IMG/VR virus record: IMGVR_UViG_3300031992_000055
Location: 1-64,000 of that record
DNA from: a virus
Lineage: Duplodnaviria; Caudoviricetes
Reading direction: 5' to 3' (one strand)
Length of the DNA: 64,000 nt
This document shows, in pieces, positions 29,450-39,538 of the stretch (the first letter of the stretch is position 1; every line of letters begins with the position of its first letter). Both the position numbers and the translations under genes were made by a program. Below the pieces are notes generated by a model. That model worked only from the letters and a program-made list of their open reading frames with translations. It searched no databases and was not told the DNA's origin.

Positions 29450-30498
29450 TCACTTATATTGTTAGCAGTTAGTTTCAAACATTTAATCTCATTCACTCCA
29501 TCCTGCCTAATGCCATTAGGCACAGGCGGCTTACAATCAAGGTAACCTCTAAGTTCCTTACCTATCTCATAAGGATCTCTATACTCCTTGCCTCTGTCAT
29601 CAACCAAGGTACCTATACTCTTGGTCAGGGGGAATTCCCATACAAGAGGAGTCAAGGAAATCTTATTGACAACAATAAACCTATAGTTCTCCAATGAGAA
29701 ATCTTTGAAGTAAGGATCTCTATTAAGGTTATCTCTTATGATTCTCCAATAAAGTCTTGCTTGAATCATATAAGACCACTGCAAGAAACTTCCTTCAAAA
29801 TTCCACTCAGAGTGTCCGCTTGTCTTAAGGTCTATAGGATAAATCTTCTTGGCATCATAGTCTACACAAATCAAATCAGCCATACATCTGTATCCTACAC
29901 CTTCAAGAGTAGCCCTGAACTTTAATTGATAGTACCTTTGAACAGAAGAGAAAGGGTCATTGTCTGCAAAGTAATGAGAAGTAGTAGGAGATTCCTTTAA
30001 CGCTCTAACCATATTAAGAGCATCATTATACATATTAGTATCTACAATAGTCCTATCTGCATGAAGCAAGGCATTGAAATACTCTACTATGTTTCCTGTC
30101 TTTAAGACTTCTCTATACCTTATTTTATCCCACTTGTCTGCTTTCCAGAATCCAGCATCTTTAGCAGCAACAGAAACTACTATCTCAGGAATCTCTTCAA
30201 AGGACTGATATGGAAGGTTCATAGTAAGCAATTGATTGCATACATCTTTACCTCCATCAGTAACATTGATATCTAATACTTGGAAGAGTTTATGGAATTC
30301 ATCTTCTCCTCCTGTAAGAAGAGTATCAACAATGGAACCCAATGTAAGAGAAGGACTCTCTATCTTATCAAACAAGTGATTAAGGCCATCATATCCTGTT
30401 TTCTCATAAGTTGACAGGATAGAATAACTAAGTTCTGGCATTGCCCTATATTGGGGCTCTGTGATTGGAAGTGCTATAGCACTTAGTTCTTTGTTCAT
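29446..30498 (-). CDS. PD-(D/E)XK exonuclease (RecB/Cas4-like)
   Basis: LSYS, CMADLICVD..IDLKT, YMIQARLY. Confidence 0.75.
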   Translation of the reverse strand: MNKELSAIALPITEPQYRAMPELSYSILSTYEKTGYDGLNHLFDKIESPSLTLGSIVDTLLTGGEDEFHKLFQVLDINVTDGGKDVCNQLLTMNLPYQSFEEIPEIVVSVAAKDAGFWKADKWDKIRYREVLKTGNIVEYFNALLHADRTIVDTNMYNDALNMVRALKESPTTSHYFADNDPFSSVQRYYQLKFRATLEGVGYRCMADLICVDYDAKKIYPIDLKTSGHSEWNFEGSFLQWSYMIQARLYWRIIRDNLNRDPYFKDFSLENYRFIVVNKISLTPLVWEFPLTKSIGTLVDDRGKEYRDPYEIGKELRGYLDCKPPVPNGIRQDGVNEIKCLKLTANNISE

Positions 30499-31064
30499 AA
30501 TGTAATCTTCTTTAGTTTCCACTTATAACCATAAGCATACTCTTTTTTACATAACATAACCTGAAGAATAGCTGTAGTGCCTTTACTTCCAAGACCTAAG
30601 TCATGCAAAGCCTGTTCTACAGAGTCAAACAATCTTGGCTCGCCTTGCTTGCCTCTTACAGGTTTATGAGTAACCTCAATAGCATAGCCTAGATAGGTCC
30701 AATGATTGTCTAAGGCTTGGAGAAGAGCCTTCTTGCAATTCTTGATTTGATAGAATATAGTAGAAGGCTCATTCTCCATTAGATACTTGAATATATATTT
30801 CTTCTTGTTCTTCCATTCAGGAGTTTCGAATCCTTTACACTCAAGCATTATAGGGCCTATTACAAAATCTGGCTTATATGTTATAGCTCTGACTTTATCC
30901 TTTTGGAAGGGACATCTAAAACTATCTAACAGGGTTATCTTTCTTTTCTCATATTCAAAAGGAATACCTAGTGTATCAAGTACCTCAGCAGTATCAGCCT
31001 CCAGAGTACTTCGATACTTCACACCTTTGTACTCCTTTTCTGCTACTCCTTGGATTCTACTCAT
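30495..31064 (-). CDS. PD-(D/E)XK endonuclease (T7 endonuclease I-like) with C-terminal NUMOD1-like HTH
   Basis: YRSTLE, YKPDF..ECKG; LFDSVEQA...AYGYKWK. Confidence 0.7.
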   Translation of the reverse strand: MSRIQGVAEKEYKGVKYRSTLEADTAEVLDTLGIPFEYEKRKITLLDSFRCPFQKDKVRAITYKPDFVIGPIMLECKGFETPEWKNKKKYIFKYLMENEPSTIFYQIKNCKKALLQALDNHWTYLGYAIEVTHKPVRGKQGEPRLFDSVEQALHDLGLGSKGTTAILQVMLCKKEYAYGYKWKLKKITL

Positions 31065-31398
31065 CTTTAAGTACCTTCTTCAGAATGTCAGAAATCTCCT
31101 TATTAGCTTCCTTCATCTCCTTCTCTAAGGCAGCAAGACGATTATCAAGCCTCTCCTGGTCAGCAATGATATAGTGCATCAACTTCTCTATACACCAGTC
31201 ATTACTATTACACTCACACTCTCCCTCCTCACACTCTGCTTTGTCTTCTTTGTCTACTTCATTTTCAATGATTCCAACCATTACGCCAATCATTCCTTGA
31301 AGACCATCAATCAAATCTTCAATACTTTTAGGTTGATCTTTCTCATTCTTGATGCTGTTGTCTACACTCTTAAAGAACTCAAACTTTTTCTTGTTCAT
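31057..31398 (-). CDS. Hypothetical protein
   Basis: ORF in operon. Confidence 0.65.
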   Translation of the reverse strand: MNKKKFEFFKSVDNSIKNEKDQPKSIEDLIDGLQGMIGVMVGIIENEVDKEDKAECEEGECECNSNDWCIEKLMHYIIADQERLDNRLAALEKEMKEANKEISDILKKVLKDE

Positions 31399-31404
31399 TT
31401 GTTT

Positions 31405-32088
31405 TTAATTTATAATGTTAAACCATTTAATCCCATAGCCATTCTGACCAATGAGAATGTTATTTACCTCAGTCCAAACTTCTGAAGGCATGTCTTCATG
31501 TATTCTTGAGTAGTATGCCGGATGTCTAGTCTTTAGGATATGATTAAACTTACTGTTTATATAATCCTCATAAGACTGTGCGGCGCTGCCCATAAGGACA
31601 TAGACAATACCTGTAGTCCATTCTGATAATTTTGAAAGTAAGGATTTCATAAAGGGTCTCCATAAAAGAGCATGTGCTTGAGGCTTTCCAACCTCACAAG
31701 ATAGTGCTGAATTTAGCATTAGCACTCCTTGCTCCTCCCACTTCTCCAAACTGCAGTCAAAGTTAACCTCTGTCTTGTAAGTACTAAAATCAATAACAGA
31801 GTTTCTAATAACATCTAATGAAGGAGAGTAGTCTTTCAATGGAGTATTAGGAGCATTGCCAAAGGCTATGCCTGTTGCTCTTGGTTTTCCTTTATAGAGA
31901 TCAGGGTAAGGGTCTTGACCTAAAATAAGCACTCTCAGATTACTGAGAGTGCAATAGCGAAAAGCCTTAAAGATATCTTTGATTTGTGGACATACATTAT
32001 TATATGTAGTCAATCTATTTACTATCTTGTTAGCTTCCTTAAGATTAATTACCTTACTCCAATCTCCAAAGTACTCTTCTATAGTCAT
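31405..32088 (-). CDS. ung: Uracil-DNA glycosylase family 1
   Basis: ILGQDPYP, QGVLMLN, HPA. Confidence 0.9.
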   Translation of the reverse strand: MTIEEYFGDWSKVINLKEANKIVNRLTTYNNVCPQIKDIFKAFRYCTLSNLRVLILGQDPYPDLYKGKPRATGIAFGNAPNTPLKDYSPSLDVIRNSVIDFSTYKTEVNFDCSLEKWEEQGVLMLNSALSCEVGKPQAHALLWRPFMKSLLSKLSEWTTGIVYVLMGSAAQSYEDYINSKFNHILKTRHPAYYSRIHEDMPSEVWTEVNNILIGQNGYGIKWFNIIN

Positions 32089-33149
32089 TCTTCTGCTTTT
32101 ATCCTTGGATGGACAACATCTTTCTCATCAACATAAACAAATGGAAGCCTGTAGCAATAAGCAAGATATTTTTCATCATCATAATTATTCAACTTTCTTA
32201 CTAATCTTTCAGTTAAATCATAATCTGCTTGACTTATATATCTGTCATTGTAAGAAACATAGTAACCACTGTAACAGTTTAGTTTCTTCAACATATATTT
32301 TACAGCAGTACTAGTCTTAGCCTTAGCATATCTCCACGCTGTATTGTTCATTAATACAGTTAATACACTTTGTGGATACTTTGCATAATCTAATGCAGCC
32401 AGAGTCTTTAAGCCTAAATCTACAACATCATCACTTTTGCTATCCAGCATTTCAGCTATAGACACCATGTTCTCATATGTAGGAACATTACTCTCATCTC
32501 CTAATGTCTTCATTATAGTATCTTGAAATACTATCTTATCTTTAGGAAGCAGACCAATCATGTAGTCAAGAGCAAACATAGTAGCACTGTTGAATCCAGC
32601 TATAGGACCACAATATTCTAATGTGGCTTCTCTTATAGCATCATCTAAGTTTTGATGGGATATAGGAGGCACTAGATTTATCAATTTGGTACCTAGCTTA
32701 GTATTGCTTAATAGAATATCTGTTTGGGAATCTGTATAAAACATACACAAATATACCTTCTTTGCAGTGTCATTTATGAATACTGCTGTACGCCTCCAAA
32801 CCTCCACATCTGTAGTGCTTTTTCCTGGCACTATAATGGCATCTGCCATTACAGCATTTAAACACCTTTTATATTTAGATGCCAGAGAAGTTCTAGGAAT
32901 AGTACAAGAAGGATGTATGTACACCTTGCTTGCACCAATAAGAGCTTGAGGATTTTCCTTTATCTCAAGTATGAAGTCATAGTCATTAATATAGCTTGCA
33001 TCTATGGGATAATGCATAAAAACATTATTCCCATACCACCAACAGTATGGATTGCATGAGTGAGTAGTACTCTCAAATATGCTGTAACCTATCCTGGTTA
33101 CTTGATAGTCTTCATACCCATAATACTTTGAACCTTTTGTTTTAGCCAT
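32085..33149 (-). CDS. Hypothetical protein downstream of MoxR ATPase
   Basis: 354-aa ORF. Confidence 0.75.
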   Translation of the reverse strand: MAKTKGSKYYGYEDYQVTRIGYSIFESTTHSCNPYCWWYGNNVFMHYPIDASYINDYDFILEIKENPQALIGASKVYIHPSCTIPRTSLASKYKRCLNAVMADAIIVPGKSTTDVEVWRRTAVFINDTAKKVYLCMFYTDSQTDILLSNTKLGTKLINLVPPISHQNLDDAIREATLEYCGPIAGFNSATMFALDYMIGLLPKDKIVFQDTIMKTLGDESNVPTYENMVSIAEMLDSKSDDVVDLGLKTLAALDYAKYPQSVLTVLMNNTAWRYAKAKTSTAVKYMLKKLNCYSGYYVSYNDRYISQADYDLTERLVRKLNNYDDEKYLAYCYRLPFVYVDEKDVVHPRIKAEE

Positions 33150-33159
33150 GGTTTTGGTT

Positions 33160-34257
33160 TTAAATAATCACTTTATTCCTTATATCTGCATTAAGAAGTA
33201 ACCTGTTGCTTCTTGCAGGATACTTGGCCATTATAGTCTTAATAATATGGAATAGCAAATCATCAGAAAAGAGTTTCCTATCATTGTTGACAAACTCAAG
33301 AAGCCTGTCTTGAACAAGATTTGATTTGCTTTCCTTCTGTGAGAAGTAATAAAGGATATAGTTTAACAACCTGATTGCAAGAATACTTGCTATTTCAGGC
33401 TTAAATCTTTCTCCTTCATGAGTACAATCATAGATTTTGGGCTCTACTGTATCCCATTTCTGCATCAGCATATCCTTTGGAGGAATCAGTTTATCCAATC
33501 TTTGAGCAATAAAGGTAGTAAATAAAGTACCTACCACATTGTCTTTATCATTCAGAAAACATCCCTTAGAGATATTGAGAATCAAAGCAAGAGATTTATC
33601 ATCCTCCCAATTAGGTATTCCACTGATGGCCTTACAGAAAGTAGTATAGGCTCTTGGATTAATAGTCTGGATATTGTTATGCTTCTTGAATATCTCATCT
33701 CCATATAGAAGACAAAAGTTAATTGCTCTAGAATCTACTTGGTGAAACTCTGCCCAAGAAGCCCAATCTTTGACATCAAGTTTAAGATTAAAGTTAATAA
33801 ACCTCGTCTTTTGAGCTGGATCCAAAGACTGAACACTAAACTCTCCATCATCAGGATTAGTAGTCAAACAGATGGTAGTATTCTTAGGAAGATTCCAAGA
33901 GATATACTTACCTTCATTTATTAACTCCATAGTAGCCTGCATAAACAGGACATTTGCCCTAGTGTAATCATCCAAACAAAGAATACATCCATTAGGATTC
34001 TCCTCTTTAGGTAACCAAGAAGGAGTAGCATATCCCATTCTTGTGTGATTGGTAACAGTGACATTAGAAGGCACCTTTGATAATAAGTTCTCAGGCCACC
34101 ATTTGGTTTTCTGTGAGCCATCTTTGCCTGTCCATTGTAAGAGCACTTCCTTTTGAGGAAAACCACACAAATCACCTACTTCCTCTAACTGTGAGAGATT
34201 TAGTTTACAAAGAGTCATTCCTCTCTTCTCAGCAACTTGCTGTATGAGAGAAGTCTT
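33160..34257 (-). CDS. MoxR-like AAA+ ATPase, exon 2
   Basis: KTSLIQQVA completes Walker A; LCLDDYTR; TTNP; LDPAQKTRF. Confidence 0.88.
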   Translation of the reverse strand, partial: KTSLIQQVAEKRGMTLCKLNLSQLEEVGDLCGFPQKEVLLQWTGKDGSQKTKWWPENLLSKVPSNVTVTNHTRMGYATPSWLPKEENPNGCILCLDDYTRANVLFMQATMELINEGKYISWNLPKNTTICLTTNPDDGEFSVQSLDPAQKTRFINFNLKLDVKDWASWAEFHQVDSRAINFCLLYGDEIFKKHNNIQTINPRAYTTFCKAISGIPNWEDDKSLALILNISKGCFLNDKDNVVGTLFTTFIAQRLDKLIPPKDMLMQKWDTVEPKIYDCTHEGERFKPEIASILAIRLLNYILYYFSQKESKSNLVQDRLLEFVNNDRKLFSDDLLFHIIKTIMAKYPARSNRLLLNADIRNKVII

Positions 34258-35335
34258 CAGTTTTGTTATCGTAAGGCTTTTTATCCTTACTTCTATAGAT
34301 TGATTTCTCTATAGCTCAGCGTACATTTTCATCCTGTAGTTTTATACAGGAGCAGGGCACTCTTGGATGGATTATATTTATTCACCATCTACGCGTTACA
34401 ATGTTCAACAGCCTTTCGCAATCTGCTGAATTATCTCGGTATTAGCATCTCAGCCTTCACCGATTTTACCCTGTAATAATCTTACCAATTACTTGATAAG
34501 ACGGCAAGTCTATCATATTTGCGTTGTAAATAAATATTAGAATTTTTGTATAGTTTGGTTATCACTTCATCCGCGTTATTGCAATTACATGACATACAAT
34601 AAGTATTATTTTTCCATCTTTTATCGTGCATTAAATTTGAAAACATAGGAAAAATTTCCTTAATATCATAAAGAAATTCTTTTGTTCCTATAATTTGTAA
34701 ATGCAATCTTCCAGATGGAGTAAATGATATACAGCCATCACCATCTACATAGCCTCTTATGAAGTGATATTTCAAATCATCATACTTAAATATATCTTTT
34801 GGAAACTTAAGATTTAATGATTTATTTGGGATACATCCTAAAGAAACTAATTGCTCTTTGAAATGTTTATTTGTTACGGCTAGCCTACATCTTAGAAAAT
34901 TTTTGCCATTACAAGTGACAGCACTTATTTTTACAGGCGATTCATTTTTCAGAAATTTTCTATATTTCTCAAGATGGTCAGCATCTACAGCAGAAAGTGA
35001 TAATTCTACATTGTTTATTGTAGAAGACACATTTCCGTCTGCATATAAAAATCCTAACCAATATGCTTTTTCTTCTGAATCAATACAGTCAAATACTGTA
35101 TTATCAAATTTTAGAGCATTATGATAGTTAGGGGTATTTAAATGCAATTTTTTAAGAGCTCTTTGTACTGTTGTCCTACAAACATTTAACTCTTTTGCCA
35201 TTTCTTTCTTAGTATATCCTTCAGAGTTTAACCTTACTAATTTTTCTAAATTCAATATATTCGTAAATTTTTATGCAAAATTACGAATACCAATACAAAT
35301 ATGAAGCTAGCTAAGGAAAACACTTAGACCACCTT
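34258..35335 (-). mobile_element. Group I intron in Walker A of the AAA+ ATPase
   Basis: GGT|intron...ACTG|AAG ACT restores GAAGIGKT; P AAAATCGGTGAA, Q AATACCGAG, P7 GCGTA/TACGC. Confidence 0.9.
34482..35255 (-). CDS. Intron-encoded LAGLIDADG homing endonuclease
   Basis: YWLGFLYADG, FIRGYVDGDG. Confidence 0.9.
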   Translation of the reverse strand: MNLEKLVRLNSEGYTKKEMAKELNVCRTTVQRALKKLHLNTPNYHNALKFDNTVFDCIDSEEKAYWLGFLYADGNVSSTINNVELSLSAVDADHLEKYRKFLKNESPVKISAVTCNGKNFLRCRLAVTNKHFKEQLVSLGCIPNKSLNLKFPKDIFKYDDLKYHFIRGYVDGDGCISFTPSGRLHLQIIGTKEFLYDIKEIFPMFSNLMHDKRWKNNTYCMSCNCNNADEVITKLYKNSNIYLQRKYDRLAVLSSNW

Positions 35336-35470
35336 ACCAATACCTGCTGCTCCTTCTATACCAATGGCAATAGGAGTTAGGCCCTGTTCTTCCAATTGCT
35401 TGTTGTTGTCAAGCAAATAATTTAGTACATCAGTAAATTCACTGATGGTCATCTCATTTAAATTTGTCAT
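35336..35470 (-). CDS. MoxR-like AAA+ ATPase, exon 1
   Basis: MTNLNEMTISEF...PIAIGIEGAAGIG (45 codons). Confidence 0.85.
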
Positions 35471-35478
35471 AAGTTTTT

Positions 35479-35799
35479 CTACTTAATTATGTCAAGATTA
35501 TCTACATCCATTTTGATGCTTTTTATAGCCTGTGTAGAGACATCGAAGAATCTAACTTCCCTAAACACCTTTATAGGATATATGCATCCTTTCTTGAATA
35601 CATCATCTACCCTCTCATCAAAATAAAAAACTATACCTTCTGGAGTCTTTAAAGTCTCTTGAGAAGTGTACCACTTTCTCTTTCCTTTTCTTGAGATATT
35701 CAAGATGTCTGTCCATTCAGGGAGTTTCTTCTGTATAAATATAGAATATTCTCCTACATCTTTTACAATGGCTGTTCTATAGGATTTGTACTTCTTCAA
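35479..35799 (-). CDS. Hypothetical protein
   Basis: ORF in operon; start uncertain. Confidence 0.55.
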   Translation of the reverse strand: MKKYKSYRTAIVKDVGEYSIFIQKKLPEWTDILNISRKGKRKWYTSQETLKTPEGIVFYFDERVDDVFKKGCIYPIKVFREVRFFDVSTQAIKSIKMDVDNLDIIK

Positions 35800-35825
35800 T
35801 TGTTATAGCTCTATAAATTATTATG

Positions 35826-36104
35826 TTAGTAAATTACTTCCATACCTACCTTTAGCCAATCTGGTACTTTATCTTTAAAATATACAACTACTGTTTCTGG
35901 GGTATGTACATCTTCTGCAACTGGTATTCCAAATGCAGCTTCAAATTTCATATAAGACATAATTCCATACTTTTTTCGAAAGTTAGCATCTGGATTTGGA
36001 AGCAATATTTTTCTGTTAGAGAGTGGAAGTATAAAAGATAATATTATTGAATGTTCTCCGATTTCTTCTATTTTCCATACTCTTGGTTCCTTAAGTTTAT
36101 CCAT
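35826..36104 (-). CDS. Hypothetical protein
   Basis: ORF in operon. Confidence 0.6.
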   Translation of the reverse strand: MDKLKEPRVWKIEEIGEHSIILSFILPLSNRKILLPNPDANFRKKYGIMSYMKFEAAFGIPVAEDVHTPETVVVYFKDKVPDWLKVGMEVIY

Positions 36105-37120
36105 GTTCTTCTGGAATATAAATTACTTTACCAGGAAAATCCTGATGCATTCCATTAGATGTAATTACCCATACCATACCAGAAAGATTCCTATTAGGCA
36201 AAGAACATTCTCCATCAGTGAAATAGATAAGAGAAGCATATTCTTTCTTGTGCTTGATGTAGTATTCTACAGGTGGATTAAAGTCAGTTCCTCCTCTACC
36301 ATATATCTCAGGTATTCTCTTACCATCATACTCTACTATCTTGTTAATACGGGTATCACATTCAAGAATAGTTACTCTTGCTCCTGCTTTATAGATATAT
36401 TCTATTTCACCAAAGAAATCTCTGAGTTCCTCTGTTGATACTGAGCCTGAGGTATCTACTGCAACAAGAATACTGACTTTCTTCTTGTGTTGTATACCTG
36501 CTGCTCCCTCAAATCTTTTAGATTCCTTTCTTCTGGTTGTCTTTATATTTACATCATATATAGAGCCAAGGAGTCTTCTGAAATAATGCTTCCAGTTAAA
36601 TATCTCAGGCTTTTTCTCATTAAGCTTGGATATTATTTCAGATAATTCTCCTGGAATAGTTCCATTCTGTCTTGATATCTGTTCAGCAGTGCTTTTCAAG
36701 AGAGTATTCACATTGTTCACCATCAATTGCTTGGTGGCTTCTGGTACATCTCTAAAGTCTTTCCAAGAGTTATGGTCATCCAAAGGCTTCTTTCCTTCTG
36801 GTAGTCCCTTTGGATACTGACTTTCTTTCTTTTCTTGTTTATCTTCTTGCCCTCCTCCTTGAGAGCTACCTTGTCCTTGACCTTCCTGATTAGATTGTTG
36901 TTGTTGCTGTTGTTGTTGAGATTGTTGACTTTGATTTGTCAGCGCTTCATAATAATACTTAGTTCCTTGTCCATCAGGTAAGCCAATATCGGATGCTTTA
37001 CATCCATCACTAGGAAGATTCTCTATGTAAGAGTTTACTTCCATGTCTGCAGCAATATTAAATATTTGCGCATTCGTAAAGGAGTTAACCATAAACATAT
37101 GTTGAAAGGCAATATGACTA
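36097..37120 (-). CDS. Metallopeptidase + vWA protein (DUF2201-like), exon 2
   Basis: NIAADMEVN; MIDAS VDTSGS, GRGGTDF, YFTDG. Confidence 0.88.
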
Positions 37121-38230
37121 CGATTGTTAACTAATACTTTCATATTAGACCAGACTATACCTTCATCCCGTTTTGGGATGGACTTATTATAGTCGTTGAA
37201 CGTCTTTCTTCTGCATATTTTTCAAATTTTACTTTCTTTCTTTCAAGAAATACAGTAGCATCAGAATACATATAATTATAGAATTTATATGAGTCTTTAA
37301 CGCTATAAACTACTGTATAGACATTATTGTAGTGTTTTATTTTATTGTATTTTGTTGGTACATACTGTATTAAACTTTCTAAAAATTCCCTGGAACCACT
37401 ACAAACACCACTATTCAAAGTTGTATTATCTTTCCCAGGTAAATATTTATGAATACTAACACACCCATCCCCATCAAAATACCCTCTTATAAAATGATGT
37501 ACCAGTGAATTTTCAAGAGGGGGAAATTGAATAATATTTGATTTACAAGGAACGCATCCTAATTTACAAAGATCCTTGAAAAGTTTGTTACTGGTAATAT
37601 GTAACTTCCAAATGTCTTTATGGTAGTGAGGATGTGTCTCTTTAAGTAAATTTCCAGTAAAACCAATATCTTTTTTAAACTGATTTAACCAATCTCTGTC
37701 AATAGAGGACACAAACAATTGACCTGTTCCACATTTACCGATAGAAACATTTCCATCAGCAAACATTACTCCAAGCCAATATGCTTTAATTTCAGTGTCA
37801 ATCACTTCAAAAAAGGATTCATTACATTCATATAAGTAATTTTTACCTACTGCTCTAACTACATCAAACGAATGTAATACTTTAGCAACAGTTTTATCTC
37901 CCGCTTTAAAAATGCGAGCTATTTTATTAATTGCTAATTTTTGTTCTACGTATAAATTTACAATTTTTTCAATCTCTTCCCCTGAAAACTTTCTAATATA
38001 CATAATTTTATATGAGTTAATATTCAATACAAAGATAGTAATTTATTTTAAAATATAGAAGAAATTTCGCTGCGGATTTTCCAATATTAACGCTTTTTAC
38101 CATACCTGAATAATTAGTTCAGCCCTTTACTACATTACTATGTAAAGTTGGTACGTTAATCTCTAAGGAGGTTCCCGCAATTTAAAGTCTTTTACATTCT
38201 ATATTACTATAGAAAGGAGCCTAGCTATTA
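37121..38230 (-). mobile_element. Group I intron in the HExxH motif of the vWA-peptidase gene
   Basis: CAT GAG CT|...AATCG|T AGT CAT restores HELSH; P1 GAGCU/GGCUC; P AATTGCGGGAA, Q AATCCGCAGC, R GTTCAACGACTA, S AAGGTATAGTC. Confidence 0.9.
37155..38003 (-). CDS. Intron-encoded LAGLIDADG homing endonuclease
   Basis: YWLGVMFADG, FIRGYFDGDG; ATG at 38003 below a TATCTTTG promoter. Confidence 0.9.
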   Translation of the reverse strand: MYIRKFSGEEIEKIVNLYVEQKLAINKIARIFKAGDKTVAKVLHSFDVVRAVGKNYLYECNESFFEVIDTEIKAYWLGVMFADGNVSIGKCGTGQLFVSSIDRDWLNQFKKDIGFTGNLLKETHPHYHKDIWKLHITSNKLFKDLCKLGCVPCKSNIIQFPPLENSLVHHFIRGYFDGDGCVSIHKYLPGKDNTTLNSGVCSGSREFLESLIQYVPTKYNKIKHYNNVYTVVYSVKDSYKFYNYMYSDATVFLERKKVKFEKYAEERRSTTIISPSQNGMKV

Positions 38231-38436
38231 AGCTCATGCTGGAGTAAGGCAATCTGTTCATCATCTGAGTAGTTTTCCCAGAACTCCGGATTAATACATA
38301 ACTCAAGATTGATGCCTTTTCTTCTTACACATAGAGTGTCTATTGTCGTAGTTATTGTCTTAGGTAGACTGAGACAAAAGAGACCATAAAACGGACTCTT
38401 TATCAACAGCCTTTTAAAGGTCTTTTCTATTTCCAT
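38231..38436 (-). CDS. Metallopeptidase + vWA protein, exon 1
   Basis: MEIEKTFKRLLIKSPFYG...INPEFW...LLQHEL. Confidence 0.85.
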
Positions 38437-38456
38437 ACATAATACTTGTAAAATAA

Positions 38457-38486
38457 AAAGGAGAGAGGACATTGTTCCTCTCCCCC
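38457..38486 (-). terminator. Intrinsic terminator after primase
   Basis: GGGGGAGAGGAAC-AAT-GTCCTCTCTCC-TTTT on minus strand. Confidence 0.6.
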
Positions 38487-38503
38487 TAACATAAACACTA
38501 TGG

Positions 38504-39505
38504 CTACAAGAAGTATTCTCGCAGTTTTTTAAAATCCTCTTTATTATCTAAAGCCTTATAGTAATCAGAAAAGTCTTTTTCTTTACCTAGGTTTGGAATT
38601 ACATGTATAAATCCTGTCTGTTTAGCAAGTTTTTTACCATCCATAATACCTGGAATGTCGGTATCAAAGGCTATAAAAATTCTTTTGTACCTCTGTTTTA
38701 ATTCTCTGATGGCAGTATTCGACATACTATATCCTTCTCCTTGAAGACACAATGTAGGTATATGTAATTGGCATGATATACATAAAGCATCTTTAAGAGA
38801 AGAACATATAATCACTCTATCGCCAGTTTCTGGTATTTTAGACCAAAGACCAATGACAGAACTATCCATTTTACTGCACCATTTGAACCCCTGTTTATTA
38901 AAAGGCTGATAGATTTTTAATGATACATTTCCCTCTTTTCTTTCAACAAAACAATATGCATATTTATCGGCATTGAATATATATTTAATGCCTTTGCTTG
39001 TTGGACTTTCCATCTTAGTGACAATCTTATGAGAAATAGGATAGACTTCTGCATATCTTAGCCATTTTCTTTCAACCCCATAACTCTCCCAATATTCAAA
39101 GTCATAGTCCTTCCATGGTCTAACTACTACTTGTATTTGAGTAAGACTACTTGCTTCTTTCCTTGTAAAGGTTTTTATCTGTTTAGGTTTTATAGTTATC
39201 TCTTGATTACTGATGAACATATCACATATTTTATCAAGAGCATGCCTAAACGAGCATCTCCAATACCTACAGAGTAAGTCAAGCAATCCTCCTCTTTCAT
39301 TTGTAGCAAAATCTTTATAATAAACGTGGTTACTTTCGCTTAGGTAAAGACCAAAAGAAGGATTTCTGTCTTGTCTAATAGGAGAGCAAATCAAGCAAGG
39401 AAGTGTACGCACTTCAGGAAATACAGTAGTTAAAACTTCTATCTCACTTATTCTACTGAACACTTCCACTTTTGACATGTTTGATGATGTCTTTCCTATT
39501 ATCAT
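38504..39505 (-). CDS. DNA primase (DnaG-like)
   Basis: SPIRQDRNPSF, YYKDF, TOPRIM SSLKD...FDTD..G, KDFSD. Confidence 0.85.
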   Translation of the reverse strand: MIIGKTSSNMSKVEVFSRISEIEVLTTVFPEVRTLPCLICSPIRQDRNPSFGLYLSESNHVYYKDFATNERGGLLDLLCRYWRCSFRHALDKICDMFISNQEITIKPKQIKTFTRKEASSLTQIQVVVRPWKDYDFEYWESYGVERKWLRYAEVYPISHKIVTKMESPTSKGIKYIFNADKYAYCFVERKEGNVSLKIYQPFNKQGFKWCSKMDSSVIGLWSKIPETGDRVIICSSLKDALCISCQLHIPTLCLQGEGYSMSNTAIRELKQRYKRIFIAFDTDIPGIMDGKKLAKQTGFIHVIPNLGKEKDFSDYYKALDNKEDFKKLREYFL

Positions 39506-39538
39506 AAGATTATCACTATTAAAGGTTAGTATGAGGAA

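Noticed and set aside
36890-36935. CAA/CAG microsatellite (also 63920-64000)
   Set aside because: Encodes ordinary poly-Gln linkers
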